From Polyangiaceae bacterium (GTDB taxonomy: Bacteria; Myxococcota_A; Polyangia; Polyangiales; Polyangiaceae): a stretch of 64,000 bases of DNA. Shown here piece after piece: positions 20,671-30,724 of the stretch. The DNA lies in the NCBI GenBank assembly GCA_033763455.1, contig JANRKO010000008.1:32001-96000 (forward strand), written 5' to 3'. Positions within the stretch are counted from its first letter, which is position 1. Each line of letters begins with the position of its first letter. Below the pieces are notes generated by a model. It ran no database searches. It was not told the DNA's origin and worked only from the letters and a program-made list of their open reading frames with translations. A program made the position numbers and the translations under genes.

Positions 20671-21839
20671 CCACGGAGGCCACCAAGCTCACAACAGATC
20701 CAATCGACCGTTATCCGGAAGAACTAGCCGAGAATATGCGGGCGCTCGATGAAAAGCCGTATCGAGCGGCCCAAATTTTCGAATGGATCCATCGGCGGGG
20801 CGTGTCGGATCCGGAACGTATGACGGACCTCAGCCTTCCCCTCCGTGAGAAGCTCAAGACTCTCGGCGTGGCGCCCCGGGCACGTCTTCAAACGCTCAAG
20901 GCCGCCGAAGATGGCACGCGCAAGCTAGTGCTAGAAATGCGCGAATCCGCCACCGTGGAGTGTGTGCTCATCCCAATGACTCCCCTGGGTGATCAGTTAG
21001 ATGCTGACGCTGCGGCCGTCGACGACACGGATGAAGACGTAGAGCCAGGGCGTACGCGGGTTACATTGTGCATCTCGACGCAATTTGGCTGCGCCATGGG
21101 TTGCGTGTTCTGCGCGAGCGGCCAGGCCGGGCTTTTTCGAGGGCTTTCTGCCGCAGAGATTGTGTCTCAAGTATACCTAGCCCGCGAGCACCTAACGCCG
21201 GGCGAAGATCTGAAAAATTTGGTCTTTATGGGCATGGGTGAGCCCTTACACCATTACGACGAAACGGCCCGCGCGCTCCGGCTGCTGACGCACCAAAAGG
21301 GCCTCGGCATGGGTGCGCGTCGCATCACCGTGAGTACCGTGGGGCTGGTGCCAGGCATCAAGAAATTGGGCGAAGATTTCGGCGGGAAAATTGGCCTCGC
21401 GCTTTCGCTGCACGCTCCAGATGATGCTACGCGTGACCGCATCATGCCGATGAATAAGCGTTACCCTTTGGCCGAGCTACGCCGCGCGCTCGATGCTTAT
21501 CCGCTCCCCAATCGCCGGCGCATCACCATCGAGTACATCCTGATCGATGGTGTGAATTCCAGCCTCGAACAGGCGCGAAAGCTGGCCCAGTTTCTGAAGG
21601 GCCTGCGCGTGAAGATCAATCTGATCCCCATGAATCCTATAGCGGCATCTGAGCACCGAGCCCCCAACGGCGCTACCGTGCGGGCTTTCCAGGAAGTGCT
21701 GGCCGAAAAGGGTTTCAGCTGTTTCGTCCGTGGCCGGCGCGGGGATGAAGTGGACGCAGCCTGCGGACAATTGGCGCTCTCGGAAGGCCTGGTAGCGCTT
21801 GGGCGGAGCAAGAAGGCTGCGCGTGGGGAGAGTGGGTGA
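20667..21839 (+). CDS. rlmN: 23S rRNA/tRNA m2A methyltransferase RlmN (radical SAM)
   Basis: CAMGCVFC, MGMGEP, AACGQL. Confidence 0.93.
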   Translation: MTTEATKLTTDPIDRYPEELAENMRALDEKPYRAAQIFEWIHRRGVSDPERMTDLSLPLREKLKTLGVAPRARLQTLKAAEDGTRKLVLEMRESATVECVLIPMTPLGDQLDADAAAVDDTDEDVEPGRTRVTLCISTQFGCAMGCVFCASGQAGLFRGLSAAEIVSQVYLAREHLTPGEDLKNLVFMGMGEPLHHYDETARALRLLTHQKGLGMGARRITVSTVGLVPGIKKLGEDFGGKIGLALSLHAPDDATRDRIMPMNKRYPLAELRRALDAYPLPNRRRITIEYILIDGVNSSLEQARKLAQFLKGLRVKINLIPMNPIAASEHRAPNGATVRAFQEVLAEKGFSCFVRGRRGDEVDAACGQLALSEGLVALGRSKKAARGESG

Positions 21840-21939
21840 TGCGAGCTGCGCGAGACCGGCAGCAAAAGATGCCTGAGTCGAGCGATTCGACTGGCGTGTC
21901 TGCTTGTTGCAACAACTCGCCGGACGTCTTCTCAGGCCG

Positions 21940-22344
21940 CTAGGGCGCGATCAGGACAACGCTGGGGAAGTAGCTCCGATAGCGCCCTGCATCACGCGTT
22001 AGAAGCTTGAAACCGGAAATGGCAGCGTGCGCTCCGATATAGAAGTCCGGCAAGGGTGAGCGCCTCGCTCCGCCCTTGCGCCGGTACTTGAGGAAAGCCT
22101 TCCCAGCTAAAAAAGCCGCTTCGTAAGGTAAGGGCTCGCGGCGAAACACGGTCGCCGGAAGGGCAGCCTCTAACTCTTCGATCAACTTGTAGCCCATCGA
22201 AACCTCCGAGTAGATCAAGGCGTTGATCATGAGGGGAGCTTCGTTCGCGGCGTTTTCCAGTGCCAGCGACGACCAGGTGAGCCACGTAGGATCGTTGGTC
22301 GCAATGTCCAACAGAACGTTGCTGTCTACTAGTATGCCTGTCAT
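21940..22344 (-). CDS. vapC: PIN-domain toxin, VapC family
   Basis: ILVDSNVLLD, LPDFYIGAHA, LLTRD. Confidence 0.93.
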   Translation of the reverse strand: MTGILVDSNVLLDIATNDPTWLTWSSLALENAANEAPLMINALIYSEVSMGYKLIEELEAALPATVFRREPLPYEAAFLAGKAFLKYRRKGGARRSPLPDFYIGAHAAISGFKLLTRDAGRYRSYFPSVVLIAP

Positions 22345-22577
22345 CCCGACTTCCGTGTTAGCGCCAGGATCTCGTCAGTTGTCATCTTCACGCTGGCACT
22401 TCCCTTCAACCGGCCCAGCACGCTCGCTCCCCTGCTCGCAACCCGTTTGCCCTGCACCTTCACCAAACGCGCCGTCTTTCCCTGAAGTTGGAACTCCACT
22501 TCTGTACTTGGAAGGAGCCCCAGCTTCTCTCGAACTTCAATCGGAATTGTGACCTGCCCCTTTGAGGTGACGCGCAT
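22341..22577 (-). CDS. vapB: AbrB/MazE/SpoVT family antitoxin
   Basis: MRVTSKGQVTIPIEVREKLG; ATGA overlap with the toxin gene. Confidence 0.93.
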   Translation of the reverse strand: MRVTSKGQVTIPIEVREKLGLLPSTEVEFQLQGKTARLVKVQGKRVASRGASVLGRLKGSASVKMTTDEILALTRKSG

Positions 22578-22600
22578 GTATTACTCCTACATGTATTACT
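22575..22600 (-). promoter_or_regulatory. Direct repeat over the antitoxin RBS/start, probable TA autorepression operator
   Basis: CATGTATTACT at 22575-22585 and 22590-22600, with an embedded palindrome TACATGTA. Confidence 0.55.
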
Positions 22601-22914
22601 ACCCCCACCTCTCTGCTAGCGCAAGAAGTTAGCAAACGCTGGAGAAGCTTCGACGGCCCTGCCGCTTCCCTGGTAACGAACGCCCGTCGGCCGTCTAGGC
22701 CCCTCGACGGACCTTTTTTACCGATCCACAGAAATGAGACCATCCGTGCGCTGCCCGCATCTTCAATCGCCATACTTAGCATGTGCGTTTCGACATGGTT
22801 GCACGGGAACACCTTTTCGCGAGGCCGCTCGTTTCGGCGTGTTTCGGCGCGCGCTCGTGCCCCAGCCTCTCTTGACTTGACGATCTTCAGGGACGCGGCG
22901 AGATTAGTGCCAGC

Positions 22915-24303
22915 GTGTTCAACAAAGTCCTGGTGGCAAACAGAGGGGAAATCGCCTGTCGAATTTTGCGAACGTGCGAGCGACTGGGAGTGCACACGGT
23001 TGCTGTGTTTTCGGATGCGGATGTTACGGGCTTGCCGGTGAGCCACGCGGACGAAGCTGTGCGCCTGGGCCCCGCGCCCGCTAAGGAGAGTTACCTGAAC
23101 ATTCCTTCGCTGGTTGCGGCCATTGAATACACGGGAGCAGAAGCGGTGCATCCCGGGTACGGGTTGCTTAGTGAAAATGCTGATTTTGCTCGCGCCGTGG
23201 CTGAGGCGGGGGCAGTGTTCATTGGGCCACCGCCTGCGGCTCTGGAAGTGTTTGGCGACAAAATTGCCGCTCGCAGGTTAGCGAGAGCGGCTGGAGTGGA
23301 GCCGCCTCCTGGAAGCGAAGGTCCACTCGATCCCGAAGCCACCGAGGCGGTGAAAGCTGAGGCCGCGCGCATTGGCTACCCACTGCTCGTCAAAGCCGCA
23401 GGCGGTGGGGGGGGTATTGGGATGCAAATCGTTGAAGATGAGCCGGGCCTAGAGCAAGCCGTGAAGACCTGTGCTGCCCGCGGGCAAGCTGCTTTTGCCG
23501 ATCCACGCGTGTACCTCGAACGCTACATCAAGAGCCCACGCCACATTGAGGTGCAAGTATTTTGCGACTCGGCGGGCCATGCCGTGGCGCTTGGCGAACG
23601 CGAATGCAGCGTGCAGCGGCGTCACCAGAAAGTGATCGAAGAATCGCCGTCTCCAGCGGCTTTTTTCGATGGACTGGAAGGTGAAGCGCGCCGCCAGGAG
23701 CTGTTCGCCTCAGCGCTTCGTATCGTGAAGTCTGCCGGATATGTCGGTGCCGGCACTGTAGAGTTCGTCGCGGATGCTGCGGGCCAATTTTACTTTCTAG
23801 AAGTGAATGCGCGTTTGCAAGTGGAGCACCCCGTTACCGAGATGGTAACAGGGCTTGATTTAGTCGAGTTGCAGCTCAGGGTGGCCAGTGGGGAGGCGTT
23901 GTCCGCAACAGCCCTGAATGTAAAATGCTCGGGTGTGAGCCTGGAAGCGCGTGTATACGCGGAAGATCCGGCGCGTGGCTTTATTCCGCAGCCGGGCAAG
24001 CTCACGCACGTGGTCTGGCCGAGTGGGCCGGGGATCCGCGTGGAGGCGGGCGTGGAAGTGGGCTCGGAGGTGAGCGTGCATTACGATCCTTTGCTCGCCA
24101 AGATTGTGGCTTTTGCCCCGACGCGTGCTGAAGCTGTGGCGCGCCTCGATCTCGCGCTCAGCCACACCGAGCTCACGCTCATGGGGCCCAAAGGGGAACG
24201 CGCCACTAATCTCTCGTTTTTGCGCTCAATTTTGGGCAGTTCGGCTTTTCAGAGCGGACAATATTCGACAGACCTCATAGCGAATCTCCTCAAACCTTCG
24301 TAG
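22915..24303 (+). CDS. Biotin carboxylase subunit (acyl-CoA carboxylase)
   Basis: KVLVANRGEIA, HPGYG, ECSVQRRHQKVIEE, FLEVNARLQVEHPVTE. Confidence 0.95.
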   Translation: MFNKVLVANRGEIACRILRTCERLGVHTVAVFSDADVTGLPVSHADEAVRLGPAPAKESYLNIPSLVAAIEYTGAEAVHPGYGLLSENADFARAVAEAGAVFIGPPPAALEVFGDKIAARRLARAAGVEPPPGSEGPLDPEATEAVKAEAARIGYPLLVKAAGGGGGIGMQIVEDEPGLEQAVKTCAARGQAAFADPRVYLERYIKSPRHIEVQVFCDSAGHAVALGERECSVQRRHQKVIEESPSPAAFFDGLEGEARRQELFASALRIVKSAGYVGAGTVEFVADAAGQFYFLEVNARLQVEHPVTEMVTGLDLVELQLRVASGEALSATALNVKCSGVSLEARVYAEDPARGFIPQPGKLTHVVWPSGPGIRVEAGVEVGSEVSVHYDPLLAKIVAFAPTRAEAVARLDLALSHTELTLMGPKGERATNLSFLRSILGSSAFQSGQYSTDLIANLLKPS

Positions 24304-24354
24304 ATCGTTTCTGCGCGCCGCCATCTGACCGGTGCCCCAGATAAAAAGGACGCC

Positions 24355-26079
24355 ATGCAAAGCGAACAAGAATTGGTAGATCGAGCAAAGGCGTGGATCG
24401 CTGCCGATCCGGATCCGGTCACTCAAGCCGAGCTAAGCGCTCTTATCGACGCGAGGGATTGGGTGGAGTTGGGTGAAAGAATGAACGGCGCTCTCAGCTT
24501 CGGCACGGCGGGGTTGCGGGGCATCGTGGGTGCGGGCCCGAACCGCATGAATCGAGCTGTAGTGATCCGCACTACTTCTGGCCTTGCGAGTTACCTGCTC
24601 CAACACGTAAAGGACGCTCGCACACTGCCGGTGATTGTCGGCTACGATGGGCGCCTCACAAGCGAGGAATACGCGCGGGACACCATCCGTGTGCTCACGC
24701 GCGCGGGCATTCCTGTTCGCTACTTCGCGATGGCAGCCCCAACACCGCTTGTGGCCTACGCCGCCCGCCAGCTGGGCGCGAGTGCGGCCGTAGTGGTCAC
24801 AGCGAGCCATAATCCAGCGGAATACAACGGGTATAAGGTGTACGCAGGCAACGCCATTCAGATCGTGCCCCCTGTGGATGAACAGATTGCCGATGCGATT
24901 GAAAAGGCGCCCCAACCCAAAAATATCCCGCTTTCCGAGTTCGAACTCAATCGCCCCACAGAGAGTGCAAGCCTCATCCCGGATTCGCTCATCGAGCGCT
25001 ATTACGACGACATTCTCCCCGTTCGCCCGGCGTGTGCCAAAGATCAAAATATTTCCATCGTCTACACTCCGATGCATGGCGTGGGGTGGCGCTTTGCTCA
25101 GCAAGCCTTCCATCGCTCGGGGTATCGCAACGTCACGGTTGTGGCGGAACAAGCCGCACCCGATGGGCATTTCCCCACTGTAAAATTTCCGAATCCTGAA
25201 GAGGCTGGCGCCATGGACTTAGCGTTTGCTCTAGCGGCGAAGGTAAAGGCAGATGTCGTGGTGGCCAACGATCCGGACGCCGATCGCTTGGCGATAGCGC
25301 TGCCAAAAGGCGGCGGATACCAGCAGCTCACCGGGAATCAAGTGGGGCTACTGTTGGCCGATTTTGCCCTGCAATATGCCCCCAAGCTGCCCCAGCCTTT
25401 GGTAGCGCAGTCGATTGTTTCGTCACCCATGTTAGAGAGCATCGCTACGGCCTACGGCGCCGCTTATGCGCAAACGCTCACTGGTTTTAAGTGGATTTGG
25501 AATGCAGCGCTGGATCTAGCGCGCGACCATGGCGTTCGTTTTTGCTTTGGCTACGAAGAGGCACTCGGGTACTCGATTGGCCCGTTGGTTCGGGACAAAG
25601 ATGGCATCAGCGTGGCAGTGGTGTTTGCGGATCTTGTGGCTCACTGCAAAGCGTCCGGCACCACCGTGCTTGAGCGCCTTTCCGATCTATATCGGCGCCA
25701 CGGGCTCTGGGTGAGCTTTCAGCGCAGCCTGGTGATGCCCGGCACCTCTGGCCAAGCGCAGATTGCGGCGATGATGAAGAAGGTGACGAACACGCCGCCA
25801 CCGGTGCTCGGCACCCGCGCGGTGGTGTCCACCACAGATTATCAGTCAGGTGAAGAGAATCGCCCACGCTGGCTCCACAATACGAGCCTGTTTGAGCTGC
25901 GCCTGGCCGGAGGCGGCAGGGTGCTTGTGCGGCCGAGCGGCACGGAGCCGAAGCTCAAAATCTACGTGGATTTGCGCGTGGAAGTGGCCCCGGATGCAGC
26001 GCTTACGGCCCGCGAAGCGGAGGCTGAGGCGGAAGCCAAGTCCATCGCCGAGGCCACCGAAGTGTTTCTTCGGGGTTAA
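24355..26079 (+). CDS. Phosphomannomutase/phosphoglucomutase
   Basis: FGTAGLRG, TASHNP, DPDADR, GYEE, RPSGTEPK. Confidence 0.95.
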   Translation: MQSEQELVDRAKAWIAADPDPVTQAELSALIDARDWVELGERMNGALSFGTAGLRGIVGAGPNRMNRAVVIRTTSGLASYLLQHVKDARTLPVIVGYDGRLTSEEYARDTIRVLTRAGIPVRYFAMAAPTPLVAYAARQLGASAAVVVTASHNPAEYNGYKVYAGNAIQIVPPVDEQIADAIEKAPQPKNIPLSEFELNRPTESASLIPDSLIERYYDDILPVRPACAKDQNISIVYTPMHGVGWRFAQQAFHRSGYRNVTVVAEQAAPDGHFPTVKFPNPEEAGAMDLAFALAAKVKADVVVANDPDADRLAIALPKGGGYQQLTGNQVGLLLADFALQYAPKLPQPLVAQSIVSSPMLESIATAYGAAYAQTLTGFKWIWNAALDLARDHGVRFCFGYEEALGYSIGPLVRDKDGISVAVVFADLVAHCKASGTTVLERLSDLYRRHGLWVSFQRSLVMPGTSGQAQIAAMMKKVTNTPPPVLGTRAVVSTTDYQSGEENRPRWLHNTSLFELRLAGGGRVLVRPSGTEPKLKIYVDLRVEVAPDAALTAREAEAEAEAKSIAEATEVFLRG

Positions 26080-26390
26080 CCTAGCGAGCGAGGAAGGCGG
26101 GGGGTAACGTCCGCCTGCGCATCCCCGTCCCCACGAGCCAGAGCGCTTCCGGTTTTATTAGCCGCAGCTTTCGGCAAAGTGCGGTGGAGGCACGGCCCAA
26201 GCTCGCCGCTTCCGGCACGAAAGAAGTGGCGCCCAAGGATTGACGAGGGGGGCCCGAGGATTTACCGATTGAGTGCGGCGCAAGCGCAGGTTTTGCGAGC
26301 TGAGCCGGGCATGGCGCAATACTGTGCCTTTCTCAACTCGCTTGGCCAGAGAGGCTGGGCCAGTTTGGCTGATAAAAGGGCTAGGAGTGG

Positions 26391-26406
26391 CGGCATGCGC
26401 CTTGCT
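26391..26406 (+). promoter_or_regulatory. Putative sigma54 (-24/-12) promoter of hsp20
   Basis: CGGCAT-N5-TTGCT about 60 bp before the ATG; AAAGGAG RBS. Confidence 0.6.
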
Positions 26407-26464
26407 TCTTGCTCATCGGTCGATGCGTGGGCAGCTACGCCGTAACTAAGAAAGGAGAACAATC

Positions 26465-26920
26465 ATGAGCCTAGTACGATGGGATCCATTCAGGGAATTG
26501 GAAGACATGACATCGCGGTTAAATCGCATCTTTTCAACGCCGGCGCACACGCGCGCTCAGGGTGGGAACACAGATGCGATCACCGTATTCGATTGGGCAC
26601 CGTCCGTAGATATCGCCGAGACAGCCGAAGCCTTCGAAATCAAGGCAGAGCTGCCCGACGTCAAGAAGGAGGACGTGAAAGTCTCGGTGGATGGGGCCGT
26701 GCTCCGGATCGAAGGCGAACGACGGCAGGAGAAAGAAGAGAAAGGCAAGAAATACCACCGCATCGAGCGCAGCTTCGGTTCTTTCCTCAGGACGTTCACG
26801 GTTCCCGACAACGTGGACGACACCAAGGTTCAGGCCGAATTCAAGGACGGTATCCTTCACGTGCACCTTCCGAAGTCCGAGAAGGCCAAGCCGAAGAGTA
26901 TCGAAGTCAAAGTTCGCTGA
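26465..26920 (+). CDS. Hsp20/alpha-crystallin small heat-shock protein
   Basis: WDPFRELE, WAPSVDI, ERSFGSFLRTF, FKDGIL. Confidence 0.95.
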   Translation: MSLVRWDPFRELEDMTSRLNRIFSTPAHTRAQGGNTDAITVFDWAPSVDIAETAEAFEIKAELPDVKKEDVKVSVDGAVLRIEGERRQEKEEKGKKYHRIERSFGSFLRTFTVPDNVDDTKVQAEFKDGILHVHLPKSEKAKPKSIEVKVR

Positions 26921-27025
26921 GTCGGCCGAGCTCAAGCGCAAATGGGCCACTGCGAGTGCGCCAGGAGGGAGGGGGGCACTCGCGTGGGCCCCGGCCGGGC
27001 CGGAATGCATTCTGCCCGCGCTGCT

Positions 27026-27967
27026 TCACGTGCGGTCAGAAAATCGGATCGCCTGCACTAGGTAGGTTCGGCTCTTGGTTTTCCACAACCAGGGCTCGTA
27101 CTCTTCGAGCGGTGCCGACTGGGCCATAGATGGATCGGTGGCTTGGATAGACTCCAGCATCTTAGGATTGCCACCGCTGTACACTTTGCCTGATTCCAGC
27201 AGCTGGGCGAGCAACGCGCGGGGAGACACCACTTTGAGCGCATCTTCAATCGGATATAGGCTTGTGGAGCTCACATCCGACACCCAAAGGGAGGTGCCCC
27301 CCTCGGCTTTTCGCAACCCCAAAAGAACACGTAAATGCACCATCATGAGGGAGAGGCGCAGCGTTTCGAGCCTTGGGTGCTCTCTGGTTAACATTTCGCT
27401 CAACGCCCATGAAAGCTGCGTGGAAATACAGCACGATACGCACACATCAAAAGGGCCGGGCAAGCGAGCAATGAGCGATGCGCTGGAGGCATGCACAAGC
27501 TTCAAGAGCTCGACGGCGAACACATTGGGTGGAATGAGGCCGTCGGCGTCCAGGGCTCGAAGTGCGGGCAGAGCTGGGAAAATTCCGGAAAGATCAAAAG
27601 GAGCGTGAGCGAAGAGCTTGCCCCGGATGGCTTCGGGTTGGCGCGAAATGGCTCCAGCTACCGCCCGATCATCAATGTCCACGAGGTGCACTTCGGCAAA
27701 GTGCTCACACAGAAGCTCAAGATCTACGTCGTTGCAGTTACCAGCGCCAAGCAAGCAGAGCCTTTTGCCTGGCCCCCCAAACGATGCGACCAGGGAGGTG
27801 AGGCGCTCGCGGTGAGAGGTGTAGAGCTCGCGTGAGTCGAGCCCATTTCTATTCGCTGTACGCTCGCGTTCGGAGACCCAGCCCACTGGATCATGCATGG
27901 CCCCCACGAGCTTGGGCTTGCCTTGGGGCTTCAGCTTAGACTTGGGCTTACGCTTGGGTTTCACCAT
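27026..27967 (-). CDS. Hypothetical protein, class I SAM-dependent methyltransferase-like fold
   Basis: LCLLGAGNCND and VHLVDID motif I/II-like segments; alternative start at 27898. Confidence 0.6.
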   Translation of the reverse strand: MVKPKRKPKSKLKPQGKPKLVGAMHDPVGWVSERERTANRNGLDSRELYTSHRERLTSLVASFGGPGKRLCLLGAGNCNDVDLELLCEHFAEVHLVDIDDRAVAGAISRQPEAIRGKLFAHAPFDLSGIFPALPALRALDADGLIPPNVFAVELLKLVHASSASLIARLPGPFDVCVSCCISTQLSWALSEMLTREHPRLETLRLSLMMVHLRVLLGLRKAEGGTSLWVSDVSSTSLYPIEDALKVVSPRALLAQLLESGKVYSGGNPKMLESIQATDPSMAQSAPLEEYEPWLWKTKSRTYLVQAIRFSDRT

Positions 27968-29264
27968 CGTAGGGGATCACCTTGTAACTCTTGAGATCTA
28001 AGATCTTCTCTTTGAGTTGCTCCGCAATGAGCTTTTCCGTGCACACCACCACAATCAGTAGATCTTTCGGGGAGATCCTGTTGGCAACAGCTTGATTGGC
28101 CTGCTCAAGCGTTACGGCTTGAATGTTCTCCAGGTAGTGTTCGTGATAGCCGGCGGGCAGATCGTAGAGCGCTTCGTCTAACTTCTGGGCGACGCGCTTG
28201 CTGGCTGTATCCACGGAAAATGCATGAGAACGGATCAGGTAATTCTTGGCCCAATCAAGCTCCGCCTGAGTTACGCCCTCTTTGCACCATTGCTCAATGA
28301 GGGCGAGCTCGAGCTCGATACACGGAGCCGCATCTTCCGCTTTGGGAAAGGTGAGGATGCTGAATGCCTGGCGTTGCCTATCATAGGGAATGTTGGAGGA
28401 AGCGCCGTAGGACCAGCCCCGCTTGGAGCGAACTTCGTGCATCAAACGCGAGGTAAAGGTACCGCCAAAGACCGTGTTGGCGACGTGCAAGGCGGTGTGA
28501 TCGGCATCTTTGGGGTGTGAACCGCGAGTTCCGATCAGGATCTGCGTCTGGGTCCGTTCGGGCTTGTCGACCACGACCAAATGGCGCCCGCTCACGAAAT
28601 TGGGCTCACCCACCTCCACTGTGCTCGTTGCTCCTACGGGAGCTGCCGCTGCTATTTTTGCGGCGAAACGTTCGGCCTGTTCGGTATCAATGTCACCGGC
28701 GAACGCACACAACAAACGACCGCGGTCAATCATGCGTGTCGCGTGCTGCTGCGCATCAGCGTGCTCAATCTTTGGGACGGAGGGCAAGGTGCCGCCAGCG
28801 GGGCGACCGTACGGGTGGCCGGCGAACAATTCGCGGCGGAACCAGTGGCGGGCAATAGACTGATCACTGTCCAACATCGATAGAAGTTCGGCTTGCGATT
28901 CGCCCTTTAACTTGTTGAACTCGTGTTCACTCAGCGATGCCTTCCCGACAACATCTTGGATGACGTTCACATAGGCCTCCAGGGACCGCGAGATGCAGGT
29001 TCCCTGGAAGGAAATCGCGCTGTGCGACACATCCACCCCCAACGACGACCCAAGTGTATCAATACGTGTATCGAGTTGATCGGCACTGAGCCCCGCACCG
29101 GTGCGGCGCATCAGACGCCCCGTTAAGCGGGTGAGCCCTTCTTTGCCCACCGGATCGAGTACGGACCCTTGGGTAAACGTAACGGATACTGAAACCAACG
29201 GGACTGCCCGGCTGGTTTCCACGAGCACCTGGGAGCCCGATCCATCTTTAGACGCAGAAATCAT
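27948..29264 (-). CDS. M16B peptidase, non-catalytic subunit
   Basis: M16 fold without HxxEH; FGGTFTSRL...VRSKRGWSYG. Confidence 0.9.
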   Translation of the reverse strand: MISASKDGSGSQVLVETSRAVPLVSVSVTFTQGSVLDPVGKEGLTRLTGRLMRRTGAGLSADQLDTRIDTLGSSLGVDVSHSAISFQGTCISRSLEAYVNVIQDVVGKASLSEHEFNKLKGESQAELLSMLDSDQSIARHWFRRELFAGHPYGRPAGGTLPSVPKIEHADAQQHATRMIDRGRLLCAFAGDIDTEQAERFAAKIAAAAPVGATSTVEVGEPNFVSGRHLVVVDKPERTQTQILIGTRGSHPKDADHTALHVANTVFGGTFTSRLMHEVRSKRGWSYGASSNIPYDRQRQAFSILTFPKAEDAAPCIELELALIEQWCKEGVTQAELDWAKNYLIRSHAFSVDTASKRVAQKLDEALYDLPAGYHEHYLENIQAVTLEQANQAVANRISPKDLLIVVVCTEKLIAEQLKEKILDLKSYKVIPYDGETQA

Positions 29265-30676
29265 GCGGCCTCCGCGTCGGAGTCATCACTGTCACCCACA
29301 TCATCAGGTTCTTCTTCCTTTGCCCGAACAAACAGCACCGTGCGCTGGGTGTCGACGAAATAGCGGCGTGCTACTCGGCGTAGATCGCTCTGGGCGACTC
29401 GCTGTTCCAAGGTGAGGCGATCGAAGGCGGCGGCGGGTTGCCCCAAGACGGTTTCGTAGAATCCCAAAGTGGAAGCTTTGCCATCAGCTGTTTCAAGGCT
29501 TGCTAAGAGTGCCAACTCGTTGCGCGCTAGGGCTCGGTCCATTTCCTCTTGGGCTACCGGCTCTTCTTTCACACGTGCGAGCTCTTCCTCAATAACGGTT
29601 AACAACTCTTCGGCCGTGTGCCCTTCGCGCGCCGAGGCGTAAATCTCAAGTAAGCTCGGATCCCGAAAGGGCCCCACTGAGATCCTAACCTCTGATGCAA
29701 GCTCTAGCTCTCGCACCAGCCGTCGATACAACCTGCTGGCTCGCCCGCCCGCCAATACCTCTCCGAGCAACGACAGCGCGGGGTAGTCAAAGTCACCAAA
29801 CGCGGGGCTCTTGTATCCAATTACCAGCTTCTCCGTTTGGGTTGGTTTTTCGATGACGAGCCTTCGTTCCTCGGTCTGCGGGGGTTCGGGCCGCACATCT
29901 TCCAGCGGGACGCTGGAGCGCGGCATGGATCCGTAATGCTGGCTGATGGCGGCTAGAACCTCTTTAGGGTTTACGTCCCCGGCCACGACGACGGTGGCAT
30001 TGTTGGGGGCGTAATAGGTTCGATAAAAACCAAGGCAATCTTCCACCGTGAAGTTCTCGATGTCTTTCATCCAACCGATGGTGGGCCAGCGATAGGCGTG
30101 CTCGGTGAACGCTGTGGCCCACAGCAGCTCATTGATTGCCCCGTCTACGTCATCTTCGACGCGGTAGCGTCGCTCATTGGCCACCACCTCTTTTTCGCTG
30201 TCCAGCTGGGGCGGCTTCAAGACGAGCCGAGCCATGCGTTCGGCTTCCAGGGGAATAGCGGTTAACAACTGGCTCTTGGGCAGGGCAGTGCTGTATTGCG
30301 TCCAATCGAGCCATGTGGAGGCGTTCACCTCTGCACCCGCCTCTTCCATTTTTCGGTCGAATTCCCCAGCAGGCAGATTTTCCGATTCGTTGAACATCAG
30401 GTGCTCGAACAAGTGCGAGAGCCCCGTCTTGCCCACTTGTTCGTGCCGCGAACCCACGCTGAACCAGGTGTGGTACGCCACCACCGGGGCCTCGTGATCT
30501 TCAACGAGCAAGAGATTCAAGCCGTTGGCAAGCTGGTAGCGATCGACCGTGAGCGCTTTGCCAAAAGGGAGCGTTTCGACGAACCGAACGCGGCCACCCT
30601 CCGGGGCGTTTTGGTTGACCTCTTCGAGCCATGCTTTTCGGGTAACGTCGCTGCTAGACGTGCGGGGATCTGTCAT
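29261..30676 (-). CDS. M16B zinc peptidase, catalytic subunit
   Basis: GLSHLFEHLMF (HxxEH); ATGA overlap with the partner gene. Confidence 0.93.
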   Translation of the reverse strand: MTDPRTSSSDVTRKAWLEEVNQNAPEGGRVRFVETLPFGKALTVDRYQLANGLNLLLVEDHEAPVVAYHTWFSVGSRHEQVGKTGLSHLFEHLMFNESENLPAGEFDRKMEEAGAEVNASTWLDWTQYSTALPKSQLLTAIPLEAERMARLVLKPPQLDSEKEVVANERRYRVEDDVDGAINELLWATAFTEHAYRWPTIGWMKDIENFTVEDCLGFYRTYYAPNNATVVVAGDVNPKEVLAAISQHYGSMPRSSVPLEDVRPEPPQTEERRLVIEKPTQTEKLVIGYKSPAFGDFDYPALSLLGEVLAGGRASRLYRRLVRELELASEVRISVGPFRDPSLLEIYASAREGHTAEELLTVIEEELARVKEEPVAQEEMDRALARNELALLASLETADGKASTLGFYETVLGQPAAAFDRLTLEQRVAQSDLRRVARRYFVDTQRTVLFVRAKEEEPDDVGDSDDSDAEAA

Positions 30677-30724
30677 GCGGGTTTAGAAGTCCTAGCGCCA
30701 ACTCGGCAGAGAACCAAGCCCGCC

